A DNA stretch of 56,086 nucleotides from Bacteroidales bacterium (GTDB lineage Bacteria; Bacteroidota; Bacteroidia; Bacteroidales; VadinHA17). Within the stretch, counting starts at the first letter, position 1. Each line of letters opens with the position of its first letter. The notes under the pieces are model-generated. The model saw only the letters and a list, made by a program, of their open reading frames with translations, was not told the origin of the DNA and did no database searches. The position numbers and the translations under genes are program-made. Location: NCBI GenBank assembly GCA_025455395.1, contig JALOMO010000027.1, positions 1 through 56,086 on the forward strand, read 5' to 3'. Positions 9,746-17,134 of the stretch are shown here, piece after piece.

Positions 9746-10993
9746 TTATTTGTTGTTTGGCTGTTTCCGTACAGTGAACTTGTTGGGGAAAAACTGAGTT
9801 GCTGCAAGGCCATAAATACCTGTGACGCCGACTATCAGCAGGTCAGGGATGTTGGCCATTAAAGGCCATCCCCTTCTTCTGATAAGAACAATAGCAATGA
9901 TCAGCGCGACAAGATTGACTGTCAGCCACCTGAAACCCGGCGATGGCCTGAAGAAGAAATTAATAAAAGCCGAGTTGTCATCCTTCAGCCTTACCTCGAA
10001 GGGGAAGATGGATGCAAAGGCTTTACCTTCTGGTCTTTCATAGAGACCTTCCCACTCCTCGCTATGTGTACCCACAACGTTATACATGTCGTCTACAGCT
10101 ATTGCCTGGTACCAGTTTTCACCCAGAACAGTTATACATTTATTGAAGAGGTCTGCATTTATTCTGAAAACATGAATATCCGGATTAAACCCGTCAACGG
10201 GAAGTCTCTGGAGATCATAGACCTCATCCATAACTACAAAGATACCCTGATTTCGCGTGAAAACATAACAATAGAACTCCCTGCTTCTCAGGTCAACTGC
10301 CTCAATGTATACAATATCCAGTTTTTCATCGGTTTCAATCCTGACGACGTATGGTTCTCCCTTTATCATTTTGATATGGAATAATGAGCCCTCAGAGTCA
10401 GTAACGAAGTATCCTTCGTCGACAGATTTCCGGGTAGTCGGAAGACCGGCGATGATCTTTGCAGGGAAAACGAAATCCTCATCAATCAGGGCGTTTGTGA
10501 AAAGTACACTCTTCTCTTCGTTTATCCTGTTCGTTTTTGCAACAATAAACTCCATCCTTTTCTCAATCCGGAAATAATCATCTGGCATTGCCAGATTGAC
10601 CTTGCCACTCTGTGATTCAAGCATCGGGTAGAGTGTCGGTACCGGCGAGTTAAGTTTACGGGGTGTATAGCGGTAGAATGAGGAGGCCCTGCTGATTGAG
10701 GGAGCCTCCATCTTGATGCCGTTGATAGAATCAGGCATTTCACCGTCTGCCATCAGTTGACGGAAATATAAAAAGGGAAGCACTCTTTCATACTCATCGG
10801 AAGTGAACTCCTTGCCAGAGGGATCGGTGCGCCTGCTTCCGTCAGCAATAACAAAATCCTGTGTTATACAGCTGTAGTATATCTGAGGCGATCTGGGCAC
10901 CTTTTCAAAGACAGTCCAGTAAAATGCCGGAAGAGCTATTGAAGCAACAAGCACGGCTGTCAGAACCAGTATATATCTGCTAACTTTAATCAT
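9746..10993 (-). CDS. Inner-membrane protein with large periplasmic domain (DUF4857-like)
   Basis: N-terminal TM helix, soluble middle region (LPFLYFRQL, YPMLES, EGYFVTD) and two C-terminal TM helices. Abuts the upstream membrane-protein gene. Confidence 0.65.
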   Translation of the reverse strand: MIKVSRYILVLTAVLVASIALPAFYWTVFEKVPRSPQIYYSCITQDFVIADGSRRTDPSGKEFTSDEYERVLPFLYFRQLMADGEMPDSINGIKMEAPSISRASSFYRYTPRKLNSPVPTLYPMLESQSGKVNLAMPDDYFRIEKRMEFIVAKTNRINEEKSVLFTNALIDEDFVFPAKIIAGLPTTRKSVDEGYFVTDSEGSLFHIKMIKGEPYVVRIETDEKLDIVYIEAVDLRSREFYCYVFTRNQGIFVVMDEVYDLQRLPVDGFNPDIHVFRINADLFNKCITVLGENWYQAIAVDDMYNVVGTHSEEWEGLYERPEGKAFASIFPFEVRLKDDNSAFINFFFRPSPGFRWLTVNLVALIIAIVLIRRRGWPLMANIPDLLIVGVTGIYGLAATQFFPNKFTVRKQPNNK

Positions 10994-10994
10994 C

Positions 10995-11663
10995 TTACAT
11001 CTCCCCTTTTCTAAATCTGTAACCAGAGAACAGTACTACAAAACTCAATAATAACGTGATAAGTATCAGTAACGGCAACACCGGCCTGAATGCCTCGATA
11101 GCCGCACCTGTATAAAAGATTGCAACAAAACCTGCGGCAACAATTGTATAAAGTCCGCGGAATATCCAAACCGGCTCCAGCAGTATAAGGGCAACAAGGA
11201 AATAGGTAGCCATCCCTCCCAGGAACCAGGGAGTCACTGTAACAAGTGATGGGTTGATCATATTTGACGGGAAGAAAATTGCGCTTCCCGCAGTGAAGAG
11301 ACCCATAACAATCAGGAAAAGAATAAGCAGCACGGCTGCTCCGAATGCATGCATCCAAATAAGAATTCCATTCTCTGAGACAGGCAGGTGAAAAGTCAGC
11401 TTTATTCTCTTATTGACCGTCTCAGGTATATATTGGGCGATAGCAACAGCCAGGCCAATGGCAAAGGGCAGGAACTTGAGTATCCCGAAGTATGCTGAAC
11501 CCCTGAAGAGGAATGAGTACCAGTAGTTGGCAGCATCAACAAACAAGATGTCATGCCTCACCTTCAGGAATATATTTATCAGGGCCAGGAGGCTCAGCCC
11601 CAATGAGATCAGAATAATCAGCCTGATCTTTATCCATTCTTTGTATATAATCGATTTCAACAT
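10995..11663 (-). CDS. Multi-pass membrane protein, putative ABC permease
   Basis: YKEWIK N-terminal motif as in ABC-2 permeases, KLTFHLP motif, about 6 hydrophobic segments. Follows an ABC ATPase. Confidence 0.65.
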   Translation of the reverse strand: MLKSIIYKEWIKIRLIILISLGLSLLALINIFLKVRHDILFVDAANYWYSFLFRGSAYFGILKFLPFAIGLAVAIAQYIPETVNKRIKLTFHLPVSENGILIWMHAFGAAVLLILFLIVMGLFTAGSAIFFPSNMINPSLVTVTPWFLGGMATYFLVALILLEPVWIFRGLYTIVAAGFVAIFYTGAAIEAFRPVLPLLILITLLLSFVVLFSGYRFRKGEM

Positions 11664-11678
11664 ATGTTCCAGTTTTTC

Positions 11679-12563
11679 TTAATATTTACGTGTAAGGCCT
11701 ATGAAAGCATCCTCCAGTGACATCTTAACCTCCTCGAAGCTATTATAGGCGATGCCTTTCATTTTAAAAAACCCTTTTACCTCCTCTTCGGTTGAATAGG
11801 TATAAAACTCAATCTTGTCCTTCACCCTTTCAATATTCACCGCCATTCCGTCAAAGTCAATAACAGCATTGTGATCGGCAAGTGAAATATTGAACTGTCT
11901 GAAGGTGTTCATGAACTGGTCAATCGGCTGTTGCGCCAGAATCCGGTTGTAATCCATGATCATGACGTCATCTATCAGTCTTTCCATATCCTGTATAATA
12001 TGAGAAGTCACAAAGACAGTTTTATGCTCTGCCTTGGCATACTCGCGCATATAGTCAATGAAGAGCCTGCGATAGCCCGGGTCAAGTCCCATCGAGAAGT
12101 CATCAAGTATCAGCAGGTCGGGGTTTTGTGCCAGGATGAGCCCCAGGGCGACCTGCGAACGCTGGCCGCATGACATGCTCGATATCTTCTGCTTCGGTGT
12201 TACCTTCAGCTTTGACATCAGTTCCCAGTAGGGGGCGCTGTTCCATCCCTCGTAGAAACCGGAATAAAACTTTTCGATCTGATGAATATTCATAAAAGTA
12301 TACTGGACATGTCCTTCGATCAGGAATCCTATTCTTCTCTTTGTCTCAGGAGTGAGAAGCTGTGTGTTCTCGCCGTAAATGAGACACTCTCCGGCACATG
12401 GCTGCAGGAATCCGTTGAGAATGTTTATGGTCGTTGATTTTCCAGTCCCGTTTTTACCCAGCAGACCCAGTATTTTGCCCTCTTCCACATTGAAGCTCAG
12501 GTTTTCATAAACCATCTTCTTTCCATAATAGTGGGTCAGGTTTTTACACTCAATTGCGTACAT
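11679..12563 (-). CDS. ABC transporter ATP-binding protein with atypical motifs
   Basis: Walker A GKNGTGKST, signature MSCGQ, Walker B LLILDD, H-loop TSH. Confidence 0.9.
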   Translation of the reverse strand: MYAIECKNLTHYYGKKMVYENLSFNVEEGKILGLLGKNGTGKSTTINILNGFLQPCAGECLIYGENTQLLTPETKRRIGFLIEGHVQYTFMNIHQIEKFYSGFYEGWNSAPYWELMSKLKVTPKQKISSMSCGQRSQVALGLILAQNPDLLILDDFSMGLDPGYRRLFIDYMREYAKAEHKTVFVTSHIIQDMERLIDDVMIMDYNRILAQQPIDQFMNTFRQFNISLADHNAVIDFDGMAVNIERVKDKIEFYTYSTEEEVKGFFKMKGIAYNSFEEVKMSLEDAFIGLTRKY

Positions 12564-12570
12564 TGGAGTA

Positions 12571-12612
12571 GTTATCAGTTGTCAGTTATCGGTTATCGGT
12601 TGTCGGCTGTAG
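12571..12612. repeat. Degenerate heptamer tandem repeat (GTTRTCR-like x6)
   Basis: gttatca gttgtca gttatcg gttatcg gttgtcg gctgtag. It overlaps the stop codon at 12586-12588. Confidence 0.75.
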
Positions 12613-14520
12613 TGTGCCCTGCTCCTGGAAGGAGAACGGGTTGGCAAGCTTGCCTGTACGTCCGTCAGAATAATGGAAGAGAAGGGTATCAGAGTTGATA
12701 GAGGCGTAGATCCTTTCAACCGTAGTCATTGAATCAATGAATATTACTGATCCGACCTCGGTACCTGCCGAGTCAAGTGAAGTTTCAAACCCGACTACAC
12801 CCTTATCATTTGAAAGGTGGCTGATAAGATAGCTGTAGCGTGCTTTCAGTGAGGCATTTGCTCCCATTCTGAGAACGTAATGCATGATCACGTCTGGAGA
12901 ATACTTTGAAAATCCGTTGAAATGTGACACCGTGGGAGTGAACATCTGCTCTGCATATTCTCTCTTTGATATTCTTGCTGCAGGCTCTTCAAAGGTAATG
13001 ACCTTATATGGCAGCTTGACGTTGAAGTCATTGCCGTTGGATGTAAAGCTCAGGTTCTTCGACTCTATCGCATTTACCAATGTCTCCTTGTCAGGCTCAC
13101 TGCCGGCAGGGAAATATATCCTTATGATGACCGGGCACGCGAATTCGCTCTGGAAACCACATGCTTCACTCTTCTGATCTAGCAGGTGCTGAAGGTATGT
13201 AGCATCCAGCGGATCAAAGAACTTATCGATTGTAAGTGTATAGTAAGTCACTGAGTCGACTTCTTTGGCAACACTCTCAATTATCCTCTTCTCGGGAACA
13301 AACAGAAGCTTTTGAAGCTTCTCATCATTATAGAGAGTTGTATCGTACAGGATGTGCACACTATGGCTGGCAACATATGTTGAAACACCGAATACACCGT
13401 TTACTTTTCGCATCTGGTTGGCAAAAGCAGTAGAGCTGCCGAAACATTTGATGTTTTTCAGTCCGCTCATTTCGAATACTCCTGCAGATGCAATCTGCTC
13501 AGGCGTACCCCATTTCTGGGCTATTGTTGGCAGCTCAAACAGAGTACCGGCAGTAATACCCAGGATTATCAGCAGACCGAGAACCAGACCCGGCAGCCAC
13601 TTCATGTTTTTCCTGTTTATCTGCAGAGTGTTTTTCTCGGGGCAGGCATAGAGACAGTCACCGCACAGAGTGCAGTCTGTATGGGTTACCTTAACCATAT
13701 TTGCAACATCAATTCCCTGGGGACACTTTTCAGAGCACAGGCCGCAGTCAATGCAGCTTTCGGTGTTGCGCGTGATATGCACCGGATCAGGCCTCACCTT
13801 TTTCATCCTTAGAATCTCAAGGAGGTAGCCTCCGGCAGTTATCACTATCAGAGGATAGAGATATGGAATATCAAGGCCAACCAGGAGGAGAATGACGTAT
13901 AATGCCATTACGCCAAGGAACCAATATGAGAATTTGAAAATTGCCGAGAGGGCTCCGAGCGGACAGAGATAACGGCACCAGAAGAGCCTCATGAAGAAAG
14001 AACCAAGCACAAGGGCTACGATAGCCAACAGCGCCCACAACAGATTCACGTCAGAGTCAAATCCTGATGCAACCGCATAATAGGGATCAAATTTCTTGCA
14101 GAAGAGCTCGCTTGATTTCAGCGTATAATAAAATGTAAGAAACAGAAGTGCATATTTGAAGAAACGAAGGGCATAATCGACCCAGCCTGTCGGTGTGATC
14201 CTTACCTTTAACTTATCGCCGAGCTTGCCTATCCACTCACTGATTGTGCCCAGCGGGCAGATGTATCCGCAGAATAGCCTTGAGAATAGCACTATGCCTA
14301 TAAAGAGCACAACGCCCATCATTATCTGGGTGCTTGTCATTGAACAGGACAGGGAGTCCATGGTAAGGTAGCTTCCCAGTGCCTGTATCCCGCCGAAAGG
14401 ACAATAGGCCTCGAAGTCAGGAGCATATGCTTTGTCAAAGAGAAGGCGGAAGCCCATAAAAGTAAGGATACCGATAATCGCAAATTGATATATCAGTTTG
14501 TACCAGTTTTGTTTTTTCAT
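12586..14520 (-). CDS. NapH/MauN-like 4Fe-4S membrane protein with C-terminal extracytoplasmic HMA-like domains
   Basis: AYCPFGG, CGYICPLG and CRYLCPLG motifs. Two ferredoxin motifs, CIDCGLCSEKCP and CTLCGDCLYACP. A TM helix is followed by an HMA-like region (SGLKNIKCFGSS...VNGVFGV). Confidence 0.8.
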   Translation of the reverse strand: MKKQNWYKLIYQFAIIGILTFMGFRLLFDKAYAPDFEAYCPFGGIQALGSYLTMDSLSCSMTSTQIMMGVVLFIGIVLFSRLFCGYICPLGTISEWIGKLGDKLKVRITPTGWVDYALRFFKYALLFLTFYYTLKSSELFCKKFDPYYAVASGFDSDVNLLWALLAIVALVLGSFFMRLFWCRYLCPLGALSAIFKFSYWFLGVMALYVILLLVGLDIPYLYPLIVITAGGYLLEILRMKKVRPDPVHITRNTESCIDCGLCSEKCPQGIDVANMVKVTHTDCTLCGDCLYACPEKNTLQINRKNMKWLPGLVLGLLIILGITAGTLFELPTIAQKWGTPEQIASAGVFEMSGLKNIKCFGSSTAFANQMRKVNGVFGVSTYVASHSVHILYDTTLYNDEKLQKLLFVPEKRIIESVAKEVDSVTYYTLTIDKFFDPLDATYLQHLLDQKSEACGFQSEFACPVIIRIYFPAGSEPDKETLVNAIESKNLSFTSNGNDFNVKLPYKVITFEEPAARISKREYAEQMFTPTVSHFNGFSKYSPDVIMHYVLRMGANASLKARYSYLISHLSNDKGVVGFETSLDSAGTEVGSVIFIDSMTTVERIYASINSDTLLFHYSDGRTGKLANPFSFQEQGTLQPTTDNR

Positions 14521-14547
14521 GGTCTGAATATAAATTGTAGTTATGGG

Positions 14548-14883
14548 TTAGTATGCAGAGTAAAAATGTCTGAATAGCTGATCCTGCATATTATCAGGGT
14601 TAAGGTGGTGGGTATCCATAAGTTCCTCGAGGGCACTTTTAAGTTGCGAATGATTACCCGGTGCCAGGTTTTTATAACTCTGAACCCCGACAAGAACACC
14701 AAGAGAGGAATAAACAACAAAAATCATTGCGATAAGAAGTACCCGTGAAGATCCTGACATAGCCTCAAGGCCGCCTCTCTTCTCAACAGCTATCCTTTTC
14801 ATGATATCGTCGGCAAAGTATTCCGGAGCTGTTATCCTCTCCTTTCGAATCTCACCTGATATTTCTGATATAAAGTCTGACAT
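14548..14883 (-). CDS. Small single-TM protein, putative anti-sigma factor
   Basis: N-terminal APEYFADDIMKRI motif resembles anti-sigma N-termini. One TM helix. Lies in an ECF sigma locus. Confidence 0.55.
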   Translation of the reverse strand: MSDFISEISGEIRKERITAPEYFADDIMKRIAVEKRGGLEAMSGSSRVLLIAMIFVVYSSLGVLVGVQSYKNLAPGNHSQLKSALEELMDTHHLNPDNMQDQLFRHFYSAY

Positions 14884-14967
14884 TGTTTTGATTTTACTTG
14901 TTAATTAATTAACATGTATATGCTAAAAAGACAACTTTAATAGTATAAACTTGCGGAACAGTGATAA

Positions 14968-15495
14968 TTATTTTCCGATGTTGTTAATGCGTTCTCTCCT
15001 TGGACAATCAATTTTATTGCAGGTCTTGCACTGATCCTCAAGCTGCATCATCTGCTTGAATATAAGTGTCAGCTTCTGCTGCTGGGCCTCGTTGCAGATT
15101 GCCTTCAGATTTACGAAATAGTCGCTTGTATGTCTTCTGAGAGATGTGTTAAGTGTCCCGATTTTTTTTGCCAGGCTGTCAAGCACTGCCGGATCTGATT
15201 CGGGGCGGGCAAGCTCTTCTATCATTGCAACGTTGGTCTCGCACAGCATATCAAGCACGAGGTTGTAAGTCCTGAGCGTACGGTCGTTTTCAACAAGCAC
15301 CTTCCGGTACTGCTCACCATCCAATCCCAGTTCAGTACGGAGCATCTCCATTGAGTTCATAGCCACCGGGTCAGTTATCTTACCGCCGGCAGATGATGAT
15401 CTCATAATTAAAAAGGTAACAACGGCAGAAGTGATGATGAGCAGCAGCATCAGATTGAGCCATAATAAAATCCTGTTGAATCTTTCAGGTATCAT
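14968..15495 (-). CDS. Spy/CpxP/ZraP-like periplasmic protein (putative metal/stress sensor)
   Basis: N-terminal TM helix, LGLDGEQ and ICNEAQ (LTxxQ-like) motifs, helical body, C-terminal CKTCNKIDC. Overlaps the sigma stop codon (ATGA). Confidence 0.65.
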   Translation of the reverse strand: MIPERFNRILLWLNLMLLLIITSAVVTFLIMRSSSAGGKITDPVAMNSMEMLRTELGLDGEQYRKVLVENDRTLRTYNLVLDMLCETNVAMIEELARPESDPAVLDSLAKKIGTLNTSLRRHTSDYFVNLKAICNEAQQQKLTLIFKQMMQLEDQCKTCNKIDCPRRERINNIGK

Positions 15496-16097
15496 ATCTT
15501 AAGATTTTTGTTTCGCAATTGATCCGTGGAAGGGGGGCAACACTTACGTTTCAGGGTTGCCCTAGCCCTGAATATCAATGATTCTACAGAAGACAATGAA
15601 AGGTCGAGAACCTGGCATATCTCCTTATAAGGCATATCTTCATAGTGATGCAGGATAAATGCCTTCTGTTGCCTGGCAGGCAGCGCGGCTACCGCCCTGG
15701 CAAGCATCTCCTGCCTCTCGGCTGATTCAAGTGTCTCACCGGGATGATCATCAGACATAGGTGCCGTGAGACTTCCTGTAAGGTCACCATGTCCGAAAAG
15801 GGCCTCAATCTGAACAAGTGAACGAAAAAGAATATTCTGTGATTTCCTGAGGTGGTTAATTGACTTGTTAAGCGAAACCCTGTAAAGCCAGTAAGATATG
15901 TCATCCTCAGCTCTCAGGACTGCGGCTGACCGGAATGTTTCAATAAAGACCTCCTGCGATATGTCCTCAGCATCTTCACGTGATCGCAAAACCTTATAGC
16001 AAGTATTAAGCACCAGGTCCTGATACTTGCATATCAGTTCACGCATGGCACTGTTATCACCCCTGATAATGGCCTTTATCAGCTCCTGGTCACTCAT
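15492..16097 (-). CDS. ECF RNA polymerase sigma factor
   Basis: Region 2 DAEDISQEVFI and YWLYRVSLN. Region 4 LPARQQKAFIL...YKEICQVLDLSLSSVESLIFRAR. Confidence 0.92.
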   Translation of the reverse strand: MSDQELIKAIIRGDNSAMRELICKYQDLVLNTCYKVLRSREDAEDISQEVFIETFRSAAVLRAEDDISYWLYRVSLNKSINHLRKSQNILFRSLVQIEALFGHGDLTGSLTAPMSDDHPGETLESAERQEMLARAVAALPARQQKAFILHHYEDMPYKEICQVLDLSLSSVESLIFRARATLKRKCCPPSTDQLRNKNLKI

Positions 16098-16160
16098 CCC
16101 TGACGGGTGACAGATAAATTAAAATGAGTGATCGATTCTTCACCCTACGCATTCCTGCCA

Positions 16161-16595
16161 TTAATTCCTTCCGGCCCAGCCCTTATCCTTTATAAAAGCC
16201 TCAGCTTCTTCCCTGGTCTTGAAGATATCACCATCTTCCTCCCACCAGGTATCGCCATAAGCCAGGCCCATCTTGTCGCAGCCCTCACCTTCAAGGAGAC
16301 TGACGCTCTCGACAGTCTTCATCTTTATCTTGTCAGGTTTAATGGCAATGACTCTGCATTTGACAGCCTTGCCCAGTGTGCTGCCGTCAGCAAAGAAACC
16401 GATGACAATACCGTAGCACTCTGTTCCCTTTTCAACCCAGCTTATCTTAGCCTGAAGCTCAGGATCAAGAGCCACTTTTGTTGATGATGTTACCTTGTTT
16501 TCCGAAGCTGTAACTTTCTGACTGTTTTTATTATCAGCACAAGAAGCAGCCACCAATCCAAAAACAATAAATAAAACTATTGACAGATTTCTCAT
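16161..16595 (-). CDS. Hypothetical lipoprotein
   Basis: Lipobox AASC after a hydrophobic stretch. A TAnnTTTG box lies upstream at 16631-16638 on the minus strand. Confidence 0.7.
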   Translation of the reverse strand: MRNLSIVLFIVFGLVAASCADNKNSQKVTASENKVTSSTKVALDPELQAKISWVEKGTECYGIVIGFFADGSTLGKAVKCRVIAIKPDKIKMKTVESVSLLEGEGCDKMGLAYGDTWWEEDGDIFKTREEAEAFIKDKGWAGRN

Positions 16596-16775
16596 TATAT
16601 GGTTCTTTAATGTGAATATTCAACCCCGTACAAAAATAATCAATAATGGGAGATCTTGACCCCTTCGGGAATACCTCTTAGTGGCACAAATGAATGATGA
16701 ATCTTTAACTATCCTTATAAAGGGTAGCAGAAAAAAACTTGCGGTCCGGAATAATGTTTTATAACATATAAAATA

Positions 16776-16804
16776 GCAGTGACGCCCTGTAGAGGCGTCA
16801 CTGC
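16776..16804 (-). terminator. Rho-independent terminator of the efflux operon
   Basis: 11-bp stem GCAGTGACGCC/GGCGTCACTGC, followed by TATTTTAT on the minus strand, about 20 nt after the last operon gene. Confidence 0.75.
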
Positions 16805-16822
16805 AACCTGTTCATTTATGTC

Positions 16823-17116
16823 TCAGACCGTTTGTTCAATGGCCCAGACAAATGCCCTTATGCCAACCTCTTCGTTGATGGCATCAATACGCCTGACAGC
16901 CTCAAGAAGAGGTGCCACCTTTTCCGGTTCGACAAACGTAAGCACAACACCATTTATCTCAGGCCATGTGTGAGTACCGAGATGTGGAACGCCTGTCTTT
17001 GATCCAGTTCCTTCTACATTGTCCCATTGTGTATAGCCCCTGATACCGAAATGCTCAAGTGTGTACTCAACCTTCTCGGTAAGTGCCAGGTTATATATTA
17101 TCATTACAGCTTTCAT
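16823..17116 (-). CDS. PII-like transporter-associated protein (PG0541 family)
   Basis: 97 aa with IRGYTQWDNVEGTGS, PHLGTHTWP and GIRAFVW. Directly downstream of the RND permease. Confidence 0.75.
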   Translation of the reverse strand: MKAVMIIYNLALTEKVEYTLEHFGIRGYTQWDNVEGTGSKTGVPHLGTHTWPEINGVVLTFVEPEKVAPLLEAVRRIDAINEEVGIRAFVWAIEQTV

Positions 17117-17134
17117 TTCTATCCTTTTTAAAGT

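Noticed and set aside
9739-9813. N-terminal extension of the TonB receptor ORF
   Set aside because: It overlaps the upstream gene and precedes a clear signal peptide, so TTG at 9738 is the better start. Track starts were shortened on similar grounds for tolC, pfk, sixA, ppk1, amidase, pnuC, DUF4290, ridA, the ABC ATPase at 47839 and GH2.
8945-9862. 305-aa plus-strand ORF
   Set aside because: It is antisense to the TonB-dependent receptor and has no recognisable motifs. It is a shadow ORF, like the many other short antisense ORFs in the track.
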